Shown here: positions 19,213-29,785 of the stretch, in pieces
How positions within the stretch are numbered: the first letter of the stretch is position 1
How the letters are laid out: each line of letters opens with the position of its first letter
Origin: Candidatus Thalassarchaeaceae archaeon
GTDB lineage: Archaea > Thermoplasmatota > Poseidoniia > Poseidoniales > Thalassarchaeaceae
Assembly: GCA_023700245.1 (NCBI GenBank)
Contig: JAJPRE010000003.1
Location: 6,463 to 70,462 of the forward strand
DNA length: 64,000 bases
Reading direction: 5' to 3'
Program-made: the position numbers and the translations under genes
The notes under the pieces: generated by a model
The model's database searches: none
Told to the model about the DNA's origin: nothing
The model's input: the letters and a program-made list of their open reading frames with translations, nothing else

Positions 19213-20319
19213 ATGGTCGAAAATGAGTTTTGGGACGTAATAATAATAGGTGGAGGTCCGGCTGGGTCCACTACTGCTAGGTATATATCAAAAAATGGAT
19301 ATAAGGTGCTTGTTGTAGATGGGCGAAATCCGATAGGTTCTCCACTGCAATGTGGAGAATTAGTGCCCACCAATGAAGAAATGCGTCGTTTGTGTCCAGA
19401 CGTTCCCGATATGGATGATCTTTTCAGAACATCTGATGCTGCTATTTCTAGGCGCACGGAAGAAATGCATCTTGTCCCTCCTTCTGGCAAACCTCTTAGA
19501 TATAAATTTGAAGGATTAATTCTTAATCGAGTTAAACATGATGAAGAGTTAGTTGATTTAGCTAAATTAAATGGTGCAAAATACCTCTTAGGGGAACGAG
19601 TTTTAGAAGTTGAAGGCGAATATGTGACGCTCAAAGGAGGAATGAAGTTAAGGGCAAAAATAATAGTTGGTGCTGGAGGGCATAATGACCCCCTACGTAA
19701 GAAGTTCTGGTCTGCTAAATCTTTGAATATTCCAGTTAAATTTGTACTAATGGATGGTGTTTTTCATGATTCAGTAGAACTACATTTTGGCTCTATTGCA
19801 CCTGGGGGATATGCTTGGATGTTCCCTAAAAAAAATGGAGCAAATATAGGTTTAGGCATACAAAGAAGTTTTTCCAAAGGTAAATCAATAAATCACTTAT
19901 CAGAAGAATTTATTTCAAATTACGCTGGAAATATAACTTTTAGAGGGGCCGGCTCTCTTCCTATGTCGGGTACTATCAAATCATTTGTCAAAGGAAACTA
20001 TCTCCTTGTTGGTGATTCTGCTGGAATGGTTCTACCTTCAAATGGAGCAGGCATAACTATTGCAATGGTAGGAGGTAGAATTGCAGGACAAGTAATTTCT
20101 GAACACTTAAGTTTAGGTGTACCATTAATTGAATATGAACGTAGGTGGAATAATCAAATGGGTAAAGTGATGAGAAATTCAAAAAGGGCATTCAAGTTAG
20201 GTAGTATAATATTCAGATTACCAGATTGGATAATAAATATACTCTTCAACCGTTTTACTAAACCGTTTATATGGAATGCCATTACATGTAGATCATTTTT
20301 TAAATTATCTAAATATTAA
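19213..20319 (+). CDS. Geranylgeranyl reductase family flavoprotein (digeranylgeranylglycerophospholipid reductase-like)
   Basis: The FAD-binding segment is DVIIIGGGPAGSTTARY..G.KVLVVD. YAWMFPK, GDSAGMV.PSNGAGI and adjacency to the GGPP synthase gene support the call. Confidence 0.82.
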   Translation: MVENEFWDVIIIGGGPAGSTTARYISKNGYKVLVVDGRNPIGSPLQCGELVPTNEEMRRLCPDVPDMDDLFRTSDAAISRRTEEMHLVPPSGKPLRYKFEGLILNRVKHDEELVDLAKLNGAKYLLGERVLEVEGEYVTLKGGMKLRAKIIVGAGGHNDPLRKKFWSAKSLNIPVKFVLMDGVFHDSVELHFGSIAPGGYAWMFPKKNGANIGLGIQRSFSKGKSINHLSEEFISNYAGNITFRGAGSLPMSGTIKSFVKGNYLLVGDSAGMVLPSNGAGITIAMVGGRIAGQVISEHLSLGVPLIEYERRWNNQMGKVMRNSKRAFKLGSIIFRLPDWIINILFNRFTKPFIWNAITCRSFFKLSKY

Positions 20320-21026
20320 TCAACTATGCCAGTCCATATTGTCGCCATGCCAGGAAATATCACTCTACCTCTAACCTCTTGAAAACCTTCTTCCTTGAGC
20401 ATTTTTGTATATTTTTTTGTAGTCCCAAAACTTACATATGTCTTTGTTAACCATTTCCAAGGATGTTCTTTTTGTTTACAAACTAATCTTGCATATCCTC
20501 CAACCCAGTACTTCATCCAAATCAACCCTAAATATCCATGAAAAGAATTAATTTTCGCTGGATCTAAAATTACAAGCAAACCTCCAGGTTTCAAAACCCT
20601 CTTTGCTTCCGATAAACCCTTCCTTTTGTCAAACCAATCTCTAAATGAGAATAATGTACAAACTGCATCAAAGAAATTATCTTCAAATGGCAAATCTTCA
20701 GCAGTTCCTTTATGAAATTCAGCCATCGAATAGCCGAGATTATTTCTTATTTTATTGACTCTTAATTCAGCGATTCTTAGCATCTCAGGTATCGGATCAA
20801 GGCAAAATAATTTTCTCCCATCAATAGTTTCTGCGAAACTCCCAGGGCCACATCCGATTTCTAGAATATTGCCTTCTTTAGGTAACAAATTTTGAGCCTT
20901 ATTCCTCCATCTTTTAACTTGTCCTAGTGTCGCAAAATTATTTATTTTGTCATAAACAGGAATCGTAGCTTCCAAATTACGTTGTAACTCATTCCAATCA
21001 GACTCTCCAATTATTTCTGTATCCAC
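20316..21026 (-). CDS. UbiE/MenG/COQ5-family SAM-dependent methyltransferase
   Basis: YDKINNFATLGQVKRWR, the SAM motif ILEIGCGPG and LKPGGLLVILD fit the demethylmenaquinone/ubiquinone methyltransferase family. Confidence 0.75.
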   Translation of the reverse strand: MDTEIIGESDWNELQRNLEATIPVYDKINNFATLGQVKRWRNKAQNLLPKEGNILEIGCGPGSFAETIDGRKLFCLDPIPEMLRIAELRVNKIRNNLGYSMAEFHKGTAEDLPFEDNFFDAVCTLFSFRDWFDKRKGLSEAKRVLKPGGLLVILDPAKINSFHGYLGLIWMKYWVGGYARLVCKQKEHPWKWLTKTYVSFGTTKKYTKMLKEEGFQEVRGRVIFPGMATIWTGIVD

Positions 21027-21154
21027 ATAACGCCTAGTTGTCTCTCATATTTGGTTGGTTCGTTTTCGAGATTACATATTTTAGAATATTGTACTCTTAT
21101 GTAGGTTACCATGATAAACTACTCTCAAGTCCCAAGGCTATACAAGGTGTTACT

Positions 21155-21469
21155 ATGTCTCGAGCAGATGTCCTAAGAGCAATAAAAGATGCAGAAATAG
21201 CTGCATCTGAATCTATAAAAATGGCAAATAAGGAAGCTTCTTCAATAATTTCAAACGCACGTCAGAATGCTAATGAAATCATAAATTCAGGGCGTGCAAA
21301 CTCAGAATTAGATTCACAGGGTTTGATATCTAAAGCACGTTCTGAGGCTGGATCGAAAGCTGAAATTGTATCTACCAGCGGAAAGTTGGAACAAGAAAAT
21401 ATACACAAATCTGGTGATAAAAATCGTATTAAGGCTGTTAAAATAGTCATTGATGCATTCAGTAAATAA
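21155..21469 (+). CDS. atpH: A-type ATP synthase subunit H
   Basis: A small, alanine- and lysine-rich coiled-coil protein (MSRADVLRAIKDAEIAASESIK...) that is first in the atp operon. The ATG is preceded by AAGGTG. The listed ORF extends further upstream, which I consider implausible. Confidence 0.7.
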   Translation: MSRADVLRAIKDAEIAASESIKMANKEASSIISNARQNANEIINSGRANSELDSQGLISKARSEAGSKAEIVSTSGKLEQENIHKSGDKNRIKAVKIVIDAFSK

Positions 21470-21492
21470 CTCTATTATTCGGTGGTTTCAAT

Positions 21493-23565
21493 ATGTCCCA
21501 AATAAATACTCAGCAAATGGGTCGATTGACCGCTGCTGGAAGTAAAAGTAAAATTGATGATGTGGTTGATGCATTAGCAAATCTTAATGCTTTACATTTC
21601 ATAGAATATGATGGTTCGGAAGATGGTATTGACCTAGGAACTCCTAAGGGGGAGGCCGAAATAATTGGAAAAAGGTTGTCAAAGTTACGTTCTGCTGCAT
21701 CAATCGTAAATGCTAAAGGGCCAACTGAACAAGTTTCAGTAAACAAAGTTCGTTCAGAACTCGACGGATCTTTGATAGATGCTGTAGAATTATTGCTTGA
21801 GAAGAGTACAAAACTTGATATTGCTGAGAATCAACTATCTTCTTTAATAGAAAAAATACAAGTTTTGGAATTATTGTCTTCTTTGGATATTGATGTTGAA
21901 TTATTATCTGATTATGACAATATCACTTCATTTGTAGGTACGGTTTCAGATATTGATTTAGTCGAAAACATGGGTTACGATGGATTATTATTCACAGGAA
22001 TATCTAATAAAATTAAAGTAATAGCACTATTTATCAAAAATAAAGATTCCCACCATATGCAATCTAAATTAAATAATGCTGGATTTCAAGCCATCAATGT
22101 TCCAATTAATCAAAAAGGAAATACAAACTCGTTACTATCAGAATCAAAAATAAAACTCTCTGCAATTTCCGAAGAAAAAAAATCTATTTCCGATGATATA
22201 GATTCGTGGTCTGAAGATTTTGGGGCATCTTTAGTTTGTGGTTTAGAATTGCTAGAAAGAGAACATGATATCTTGACCGCACCAGTAAAAATAGGAGTAT
22301 CAAATCATGCATTTTTGATAGATGGGTGGGTCGAAATGTCTCGTTCGAATGAGGTCTTATCGGCTTTAGCCGATTCTTGCCTTTACATCGAAGTTTCTCC
22401 GTTTGTTATTGAAGCTGGAAATGGGGGGCACGGGCATTCCGATCACTCTAATAAAAAAGAAATGCCTCCAATTGCTTATGCAAATAGAAAAATAAGTAAG
22501 CCAATGGAACTGCTAACAAATGCAGTCGGTAGGCCGGCTTATGGTAGAATTGACCCAACTTTATTTATGTTTTTCACTTATCCATTATTTTTTGGAATGA
22601 TGCTTGGCGATATGGCATATGGATTGATCACAATGAGTCTCGGCGCACTAGTAATACGACGTTCAGGTTCAAATGAAATGATGAATTTGGGTGGAAAATT
22701 CCTAGTTTACATAGGTTTAGGAACATTTGGTTTTGGCTACCTTTATGCTGAATTTGCAGGATGGGAAATAATTCATCCGCATCATCATAACCCGGCAGAA
22801 GCACTTTCCTTCTTGTATCCGGAAGCTGCTTTATCTTCATCTCATAATTATCATGCTTGGCATAAATCACTACCATTTGGTATAGAATTGGCTTATCCAT
22901 TCCATCGCGTTACGACTAATCTGGAAGATTTAATAATATTGACCATATATCTTGGTTTTGTGCATATTATATTTGGTAGATTAATAGGTTTCAGGGATGT
23001 ATTATTCTACGGCACTGATCATGGTCATGTAGGTTTAGTGGCTGCATTTTTTGAACATGGTGTATGGATTGTTTTGCTCCTCGGTGGCTTTATGTTCTCA
23101 TATGGTTACCTTGGTCCAAGTGAGGCACAAGACATGATGATTCCAGGGGCTGTAATAGCTATAATAGCAGTGTTTATGCTAATGTGGACTCTATATAATT
23201 ATCATGGCATACCATTGGCGATAAGTTTAATTTTGGCACCAATCGAAGCAATAGGTATGATGCCGTCAGTAATATCCTATGTACGGCTGTTTGCCGTCGG
23301 GATTGTTGGAGTTAAAATAGCCGAAACGGGTAATATGTTGTGGGATCCAATGAAAGATGCCCTCTTAGAATATAATCCATTAGCTCTAGTATTATTTTTA
23401 GGTTGGTTATTAGTCCAATTATTCGCATGGGGCCTCGGAGTATTTAGTCCTAATATCCATGCAGCCAGGCTACATTTTGTAGAATGGATGAGGCAATATT
23501 ATGATTCTAGCGGAGAGGCATTCTTGCCTTTTGGTTTTCGAACTCGCCACGTGGAGGTTGAGTGA
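21493..23565 (+). CDS. atpI: A-type ATP synthase subunit I (a-subunit, membrane stator)
   Basis: 690 aa, with a soluble N-terminal half and a polytopic C-terminal half. The conserved motif SYVRLFAVG contains the essential Arg. Operon position fits. Confidence 0.9.
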   Translation: MSQINTQQMGRLTAAGSKSKIDDVVDALANLNALHFIEYDGSEDGIDLGTPKGEAEIIGKRLSKLRSAASIVNAKGPTEQVSVNKVRSELDGSLIDAVELLLEKSTKLDIAENQLSSLIEKIQVLELLSSLDIDVELLSDYDNITSFVGTVSDIDLVENMGYDGLLFTGISNKIKVIALFIKNKDSHHMQSKLNNAGFQAINVPINQKGNTNSLLSESKIKLSAISEEKKSISDDIDSWSEDFGASLVCGLELLEREHDILTAPVKIGVSNHAFLIDGWVEMSRSNEVLSALADSCLYIEVSPFVIEAGNGGHGHSDHSNKKEMPPIAYANRKISKPMELLTNAVGRPAYGRIDPTLFMFFTYPLFFGMMLGDMAYGLITMSLGALVIRRSGSNEMMNLGGKFLVYIGLGTFGFGYLYAEFAGWEIIHPHHHNPAEALSFLYPEAALSSSHNYHAWHKSLPFGIELAYPFHRVTTNLEDLIILTIYLGFVHIIFGRLIGFRDVLFYGTDHGHVGLVAAFFEHGVWIVLLLGGFMFSYGYLGPSEAQDMMIPGAVIAIIAVFMLMWTLYNYHGIPLAISLILAPIEAIGMMPSVISYVRLFAVGIVGVKIAETGNMLWDPMKDALLEYNPLALVLFLGWLLVQLFAWGLGVFSPNIHAARLHFVEWMRQYYDSSGEAFLPFGFRTRHVEVE

Positions 23566-23612
23566 TATCACATTCCAAGCTATTATGCTTAGAAAAAATG
23601 GAGGAAAAAAAT

Positions 23613-23918
23613 ATGAATAATAAAAATAAAATGAGTGGACTAAGTATGTTGCTAGCAATATCATCAATTGTGATGATTGCTAGTGGAGTACAAGCTGAAC
23701 AAACTGGAGATATGGCTGTAGCATATGCTAATATGGGTGCAGGAATAGCTCTGGGATTATGTGGAATTGGGACTGGTTTGAGCCAAGGCCCTATAGGAGC
23801 AGCAGCTGTAGGTATGATTGCAGAAGATAGCAGTAAGTTCGTTAACGGACTGATCTTTACAGCTTTACCTGAGACCATTGTACTTTTCGGATTCTTAGCA
23901 CTATTCTTACTTGGATAA
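23613..23918 (+). CDS. atpK: A-type ATP synthase subunit K (proteolipid c) with an N-terminal hydrophobic extension
   Basis: The Gly-rich hairpin GAGIALGLCGIGTGLSQGPIGAAAVG ... ALPETIVLFGFLA contains the ion-binding Glu. A GGAGG element lies 8 nt upstream of ATG 23613. Confidence 0.85.
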   Translation: MNNKNKMSGLSMLLAISSIVMIASGVQAEQTGDMAVAYANMGAGIALGLCGIGTGLSQGPIGAAAVGMIAEDSSKFVNGLIFTALPETIVLFGFLALFLLG

Positions 23919-23958
23919 TCATAATGCCGAAATCAAGAATAGAAAGGAGAGATATTAT

Positions 23959-24516
23959 ATGACATTGGACGCATTAGCAAATGAAATTGCAGCACAGGCT
24001 AAAGTCGAAGCTGAATTGATTATTTCGGCGGCTAAAGAACAAGCTAATAAAATTGAAGAACAAGCCAAGATTGAAAACTCATCTTTTTCTACTGATATGA
24101 ATATCCGAGCAGAAAAAGAGAGTACACAGTTATCCGTCGAACTCGTTGCTTCAGCCAAACAAGCTAATCAAAAGCATCTTCTAATTGCTAGACGGGAAGA
24201 ATTAGATGCAACTTGGAATTCTATTCAAGAAATGGTGTCTTCACCAAATCTTGAAGGCCGTTCAGATATTTTAAAATCACTTCTGAATGAAGCGAGTAAA
24301 TCTGGAAAAGATATGGTTCTTCGTCCGGTTTCAATCGATCGTAAAGCACTCGATGATGGAAGTTTTACACTCGGCGAAGATGTGGAGGGACTAGGTGGTT
24401 TTGTCCTTGAATCAAAAGACAGATCAATAGTACTTGACTATCGTTTTGATAACCGTTTAGAAGAAGCATGGAAAAATAATCTAGGTATTGTAAATAAAAC
24501 ATTATTTGATAATTAA
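23959..24516 (+). CDS. atpE: A-type ATP synthase subunit E
   Basis: A coiled-coil N-terminus (ALANEIAAQAKVEAELIISAAKEQANKIEEQAK) and a globular C-terminus. AGGAG lies upstream of ATG 23959. Operon position fits. Confidence 0.85.
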   Translation: MTLDALANEIAAQAKVEAELIISAAKEQANKIEEQAKIENSSFSTDMNIRAEKESTQLSVELVASAKQANQKHLLIARREELDATWNSIQEMVSSPNLEGRSDILKSLLNEASKSGKDMVLRPVSIDRKALDDGSFTLGEDVEGLGGFVLESKDRSIVLDYRFDNRLEEAWKNNLGIVNKTLFDN

Positions 24517-24527
24517 AAGGTGATTGT

Positions 24528-25583
24528 ATGGCGGGAGTAGTAAGTGGTCGTTCTAATATTTACAATGCCTCAGCCAGGGCCAAAGCTCGCAAGGCATCTC
24601 TAATCGACACAACCCGTATGCGGCAATTGTTACAATTGGGGCCAGATTCCATTGGTGCAAGTATCGCAGAGTTGGGATACCGAAACGAGATGGATATATA
24701 TTCTGCCCGAATGAGTGGCGCGGATGCTGTAGAGGCAGCACTTTTTCATAACCTGGATAACGATTTATCTGAAGTAATGAGATTCTGCCAAGGCCCTCTT
24801 AAATCGATAGTTTCAATTTATGTCGATCGATTTGCATATGAGAAAGCCAAAACAGTTCTTAGGGCAGTTAATGGTGGGTGTTCAGATGAATTAATAGAAT
24901 CTCAGATTCTACCTTCGGAGAATCCTATGAACTCATTATGGCTTGAAATTGTTCGAACTACTGAGACAGTTTCTGAGGCGGCTAATGCAATGTCTGGAAC
25001 TCCTTGGGGTAATGAATTAGCAAAGCTTGAAGGCTCTGAATCTACGCTTGAAGAAATGGAAGATGCTTTAGATCGTCAATATTACAGTAATGCATTAAAA
25101 GTATCCAAGGGAAAAGACTCTAATATACATTTGATGAAATATATTAGAACTGAAATAGATCACCTTAATATAATTAATCAATTTCGTGAATTGCGTCAGA
25201 ATATTTCTCCAGACAAACGTTTACAGACGATTATTCAAGGTGGAAGAATTCCTAATTCTGTGATGTTACAGGTATCGCAAGCAACATCTCAAGAAACTAT
25301 AGTAGATGCCCTCAGGCGAAGTAAATCTTTCGATGATGATGGCTTTGATGAAGCACTTAATCAGTCGAGTATAACTGGTTCACTAGATCCAATTGCATCA
25401 TTATTAACTCACAAAAGGCACGCAATGCTAAAGCGCTTTGCATATCTTAATCCTGTTTCGTCATTCCCTGTAATTTACTATATAGAACGTAAAGTGCTTG
25501 AGATACAAAATCTTCGTCTTCTCGTTCGCGGTAAGGCAATTGGCCTCACGTCCGAGGTTTTAGAATCGCATATGGATTTTTGA
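24528..25583 (+). CDS. atpC: A-type ATP synthase subunit C
   Basis: 351-aa all-helical protein in the C position of the operon (YNASARAKARKASLID..., YYIERKVLEIQNLRLL). Confidence 0.85.
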   Translation: MAGVVSGRSNIYNASARAKARKASLIDTTRMRQLLQLGPDSIGASIAELGYRNEMDIYSARMSGADAVEAALFHNLDNDLSEVMRFCQGPLKSIVSIYVDRFAYEKAKTVLRAVNGGCSDELIESQILPSENPMNSLWLEIVRTTETVSEAANAMSGTPWGNELAKLEGSESTLEEMEDALDRQYYSNALKVSKGKDSNIHLMKYIRTEIDHLNIINQFRELRQNISPDKRLQTIIQGGRIPNSVMLQVSQATSQETIVDALRRSKSFDDDGFDEALNQSSITGSLDPIASLLTHKRHAMLKRFAYLNPVSSFPVIYYIERKVLEIQNLRLLVRGKAIGLTSEVLESHMDF

Positions 25584-25593
25584 GGTGAATAAT

Positions 25594-25893
25594 ATGGAAA
25601 TAGCTGTCGTAGGTTCTCTTGATTTTACCTTAGGTTTCCAGCTTGCAGGTATTTTGAGATTACATAATCCAAAAAATATCGAGGAATTGACTTCTACAAT
25701 GAAGTCTTTATTGAATGAAAAAGAAGTAGGCGTTATTGTGATTGATAACTCTGACCTATTAAACCTACCAGAAAGATTACGAACACGACTTTCTGAAAGT
25801 ATCACGCCCACAGTATTGGGCATTGGGACTGAAGAGGATAATACCCTCCGAGAGTCTATCAAGTCGGCACTAGGAGTCGATTTGTGGAAATAA
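25594..25893 (+). CDS. atpF: A-type ATP synthase subunit F
   Basis: About 100 aa, MEIAVVGSLDFTLGFQLAGI..., typical of V/A-type F subunits. GAGGTG lies upstream of ATG 25594. Confidence 0.88.
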   Translation: MEIAVVGSLDFTLGFQLAGILRLHNPKNIEELTSTMKSLLNEKEVGVIVIDNSDLLNLPERLRTRLSESITPTVLGIGTEEDNTLRESIKSALGVDLWK

Positions 25894-25927
25894 ATCCTAG
25901 AAAAAAATAAATGGAAGTGAATTAAAT

Positions 25928-27670
25928 ATGAGTGAAGAAAATGGAGTGATTTATCGCATCTCTGGACCAGTTGTGACTGCAGTAGGAATATCGCCAAGAA
26001 TGTATGAAGTTGTGCGAGTGGGAGATGAAGGTTTGATGGGTGAAGTAATTGAATTACACGGCGACCAATCTGTTATACAGGTATATGAAGAGACTTCAGG
26101 TGTTAGACCCGGTGAGCCAGTTATTAGGACAGGGCAGACTTTATCTGTTCAACTTGGACCAGGTCTTTTGACTAAAATCTATGATGGTATTCAAAGGCCT
26201 TTACCAGAACTTGAGAAAACAATGGGTGTTTTCATCAAAAGAGGTGTCGACGCAGATGGACTTGATTTAGAAAAAATATGGAACTTTAATGCAACTGCAA
26301 ATATAGGAGATTCTGTATCTTCAGGAGATATTCTTGGAACGGTGCAGGAAACCAAAACTATTGAACACAGAGTTATGGTACCTCATGGAACTTCAGGAGT
26401 AATTAAGAGTATTAATTCTGGGGAATTTAATGTCACTCAGACAGTTTGTTCCCTTGAAGATGGTACGGAAGTTCAGATGATGCAAAAATGGCCAGTTCGA
26501 ACTCCACGGCCTTTCACAAAGAAGCATGCACCAGAAGTTCCTTTACAAACAGGTCAAAGAATTTTAGATTTTCTTTTCCCACTTGCAAAAGGAGGAACAG
26601 CAGGAATACCTGGGCCATTCGGTTCAGGAAAAACAGTTACTCAACAGCAACTGGCGAAATGGTCAGATGCAGATATAGTTGTATACATTGGGTGTGGAGA
26701 ACGTGGCAATGAAATGACCGAAGTTCTCGATGAATTCCCTCACCTTATGGATCCTAAGACAGGAGAGGCATTGATGAATAGGACAACTATGATTGCTAAT
26801 ACTTCAAATATGCCAGTCGCAGCAAGAGAAGCTTCAGTATATACTGGGATTACAATAGCAGAATATTTTAGAGATATGGGATATGATGTTGCTCTAATGG
26901 CAGATTCTACTAGTCGTTGGGCTGAAGCAATGAGAGAAATTTCATCTCGTTTAGAGGAGATGCCAGGAGAAGAAGGTTATCCGGCATATCTCTCTAGCCG
27001 ACTTGCAGAATTCTATGAACGAGCAGGCCGTGTAGAAACACTTGCAGGCGGAGATGGTTCAGTATCTGTAATTGGTGCAGTTTCACCGCCGGGAGGAGAT
27101 ATTTCTGAACCAGTCAGCCAAGGAACTCTACGTATTGTTAAAGTATTCTGGGGGTTAGATGCAGGTCTTGCACGTCAAAGGCATTTCCCCGCAATTAATT
27201 GGCTAAATTCTTATTCACTTTATCCGCCTTCCCTTGATCAATGGTACAGGGACAATATTAACAGTAATTTCCCTGAAATTAGAACTGAAATCAGTGCTCT
27301 ACTCCAAGTTGAAGCAGAATTACAAGAAATTGTTCAGTTAGTTGGTTCCGATGCTTTACCAGTTGATCAACAACTGACTTTAGAAGTCGCACGTATGATT
27401 AGAGAATTTTTCTTACAACAAAACGCTTTCCATGATGTAGATACATACACCGATTTAAAGTTACAGTATACAATGGCTAACGCCATTCTTACATTCCAAG
27501 AAGAATCAAAAAAAGCACTTGCAGCAGGTGCTTCTCTTGAAGACGTAGTGAATGTGCCAGCACGAACAGATCTCATGAGAGGAAGGTTCGAATCTGGTTA
27601 TGACGTTAAGATTGATAAAATGATAGAAACTATGAAGGCGCAAATTGCTGAGACTATGGAGAATAACTGA
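25928..27670 (+). CDS. atpA: A-type ATP synthase catalytic subunit A
   Basis: Walker A is [20 protein letters not shown] and [13 protein letters not shown] are also present. The 580 aa length means there is no intein. Confidence 0.97.
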   Translation: MSEENGVIYRISGPVVTAVGISPRMYEVVRVGDEGLMGEVIELHGDQSVIQVYEETSGVRPGEPVIRTGQTLSVQLGPGLLTKIYDGIQRPLPELEKTMGVFIKRGVDADGLDLEKIWNFNATANIGDSVSSGDILGTVQETKTIEHRVMVPHGTSGVIKSINSGEFNVTQTVCSLEDGTEVQMMQKWPVRTPRPFTKKHAPEVPLQTGQRILDFLFPLAKGGTAGIPGPFGSGKTVTQQQLAKWSDADIVVYIGCGERGNEMTEVLDEFPHLMDPKTGEALMNRTTMIANTSNMPVAAREASVYTGITIAEYFRDMGYDVALMADSTSRWAEAMREISSRLEEMPGEEGYPAYLSSRLAEFYERAGRVETLAGGDGSVSVIGAVSPPGGDISEPVSQGTLRIVKVFWGLDAGLARQRHFPAINWLNSYSLYPPSLDQWYRDNINSNFPEIRTEISALLQVEAELQEIVQLVGSDALPVDQQLTLEVARMIREFFLQQNAFHDVDTYTDLKLQYTMANAILTFQEESKKALAAGASLEDVVNVPARTDLMRGRFESGYDVKIDKMIETMKAQIAETMENN

Positions 27671-27682
27671 GAGGTGTTATAA

Positions 27683-29068
27683 ATGACTGGAAAAGAATAT
27701 AGAACAATTACCGACGTAAAGGGGCCCCTCGTGTTCCTAAATAAAACCGAACCTGTTGCATTTGGAGAAATCGTTGAACTGCGACTTACTGATGGGACCT
27801 TGAAGAATGGCCAAGTACTAGATACATCTGATGACCAAGTCATTGTCCAAGTTTTCGAAGGTACTGCTTCAATTGATAAGCAGACTGGGATTAAATTTCT
27901 CGGAGACGTGTTTAAGTTACCAGTTAGTACTGATATGATTGGCAGAATTCTCGATGGCGCAGGCCGTCCAAGAGACGGTGGCCCTGCAATAGTTCCAGAT
28001 GAAATGGCAGATATTATTGGTGCAGCTATAAATCCTTATTCGCGACAGAGCCCAGATACATTTATTCAAACTGGAATATCTGCAATCGATGCGTGCACTT
28101 CATTAGTTCGTGGGCAAAAATTACCTATTTTTAGTGCGTCCGGACTCCCTCACAATGATATCGCGTTACAAATTGCTAGGCAGGCTAAGCTAGTTGACAG
28201 CGATGATGATTTCGTAGTAGTTTTCTGTGCTATGGGAATAACTGCAGAAGAATATAACTTCTTCGTTCATGATTTGGAAAGAACTGGCGCACTCGAGAAT
28301 GCATGCCTTTTCGTCAATCTTGCAGATGATCCTGCTGTAGAGAGATTAATTACTCCAAGGTTGGCACTTACTGCCGCTGAATATCTGGCCTTTGAAAAGG
28401 ATTATCACGTTTTAGTCATTTATACTGATATGACTAACTATTGTGAATCACTACGTCAGATTGGTGCTGCTCGTGAAGAAGTGCCTGGACGTAGGGGATA
28501 TCCCGGATATATGTATACAGATTTAGCAATGTTATACGAACGTGCAGGAATAATTAAAGGAAAGAAAGGATCGATTACTCAGTTCCCGATACTTACTATG
28601 CCAGGTGATGATATCACTCATCCTATACCTGATCTTTCAGGATATATTACCGAAGGCCAGATTGTAATTTCACGTGAACTACATCAGAAAGGAATCTATC
28701 CTCCGATTAACGTACTACCTTCTCTATCTAGACTTATGAATGCAGGTATTGGCGATGGGAAAACTAGGGAAGATCATAAATCAGTATCTGACCAACTCTA
28801 CGCAGCTTATGCACAGGGAAGGGAATTACGAGGCCTAGTTGCCATTGTAGGTGAAGATGCCCTAAATGAGCGTGACTTACAGTTGCTTAAATTCTCGGAT
28901 ATCTTTGAAGATAAATTCCTCAGACAAAGTAGGGATGAAGATCGTCCGATTCAAGAAGGAACTCTTGATTTAGCATGGAAATTACTCTCAAATATTGATA
29001 CAAAGTATCTTGTACGTTTAGATCAGAAGTGGATTGATAAATATCATCCTACAGATAAGAAAGAATGA
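27683..29068 (+). CDS. atpB: A-type ATP synthase subunit B
   Basis: 461 aa. [32 protein letters not shown] and [21 protein letters not shown] are characteristic of subunit B. Confidence 0.97.
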   Translation: MTGKEYRTITDVKGPLVFLNKTEPVAFGEIVELRLTDGTLKNGQVLDTSDDQVIVQVFEGTASIDKQTGIKFLGDVFKLPVSTDMIGRILDGAGRPRDGGPAIVPDEMADIIGAAINPYSRQSPDTFIQTGISAIDACTSLVRGQKLPIFSASGLPHNDIALQIARQAKLVDSDDDFVVVFCAMGITAEEYNFFVHDLERTGALENACLFVNLADDPAVERLITPRLALTAAEYLAFEKDYHVLVIYTDMTNYCESLRQIGAAREEVPGRRGYPGYMYTDLAMLYERAGIIKGKKGSITQFPILTMPGDDITHPIPDLSGYITEGQIVISRELHQKGIYPPINVLPSLSRLMNAGIGDGKTREDHKSVSDQLYAAYAQGRELRGLVAIVGEDALNERDLQLLKFSDIFEDKFLRQSRDEDRPIQEGTLDLAWKLLSNIDTKYLVRLDQKWIDKYHPTDKKE

Positions 29069-29104
29069 TAATGTTTTGGAAATTATAGTCAGGAGATAAG
29101 AAAT

Positions 29105-29722
29105 ATGGCACTAGATATTAAGCCTACACGTTCAGAATTAATTAATCTAAAACGTAGGATTAAGCAAACATCGAGTGGGTACAATCTTCTAAAGATGAAA
29201 AGAGATGGACTATTTTTTGAATTCCGAACATTATTGGCAGAGATGATTAAAGCTAGGGAAGAGCTTGTTGGAACTTATCGTGATGCGGTAAAATCAATTG
29301 CCTTAGCATCATCAATAGAAGGCGGCCTAGCAGTAAAAAGTGCTGCAATCGCAGCAACCTCGGGCCCTGAAGTAATGGTTTCTAGGAGGAACATAATGGG
29401 AGTAGTAGTTCCAAAGGTAGATGGAACAAATCTTACGACAACCGTTGAAACAAGGCCAACAGGAATAATTGGAGGCTCCCCTTATATTGATGAATCTGCA
29501 GATGCATATTCGATATTAATTTCTAAAATCGTAAAGGCTGCAGAAATGGAAGCTACCTTAAAACGCCTCCTCGAAGAAATTGAGGCGACTAAAAGACGAG
29601 TCAATGCCCTTGAATTCGTCGTGATTCCTGAAATGAAGGAAGCACAATCTTTTATCCAATTAAGATTAGAAGAAATGGAAAGAGAAGAGACGTTCAGGCT
29701 AAAGCGATTCAAGAATAAGTAA
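29105..29722 (+). CDS. atpD: A-type ATP synthase subunit D (central stalk)
   Basis: KPTRSELINLKRRIK at the N-terminus and EATKRRVNALEFVVIPE at the C-terminus are typical of subunit D. Confidence 0.92.
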   Translation: MALDIKPTRSELINLKRRIKQTSSGYNLLKMKRDGLFFEFRTLLAEMIKAREELVGTYRDAVKSIALASSIEGGLAVKSAAIAATSGPEVMVSRRNIMGVVVPKVDGTNLTTTVETRPTGIIGGSPYIDESADAYSILISKIVKAAEMEATLKRLLEEIEATKRRVNALEFVVIPEMKEAQSFIQLRLEEMEREETFRLKRFKNK

Positions 29723-29785
29723 TACTCATCGTACGAGGTATCTTATCATCAAACATTATCCGATGAGGTATAGAGGTGATTTTAG

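Noticed and set aside
25928-27670. Possible inteins in atpA, rfcS, cdc6 or pcn, which are common intein hosts in archaea.
   Set aside because: All four proteins have canonical lengths (580, 318, 412 and ~250 aa) and uninterrupted motifs.
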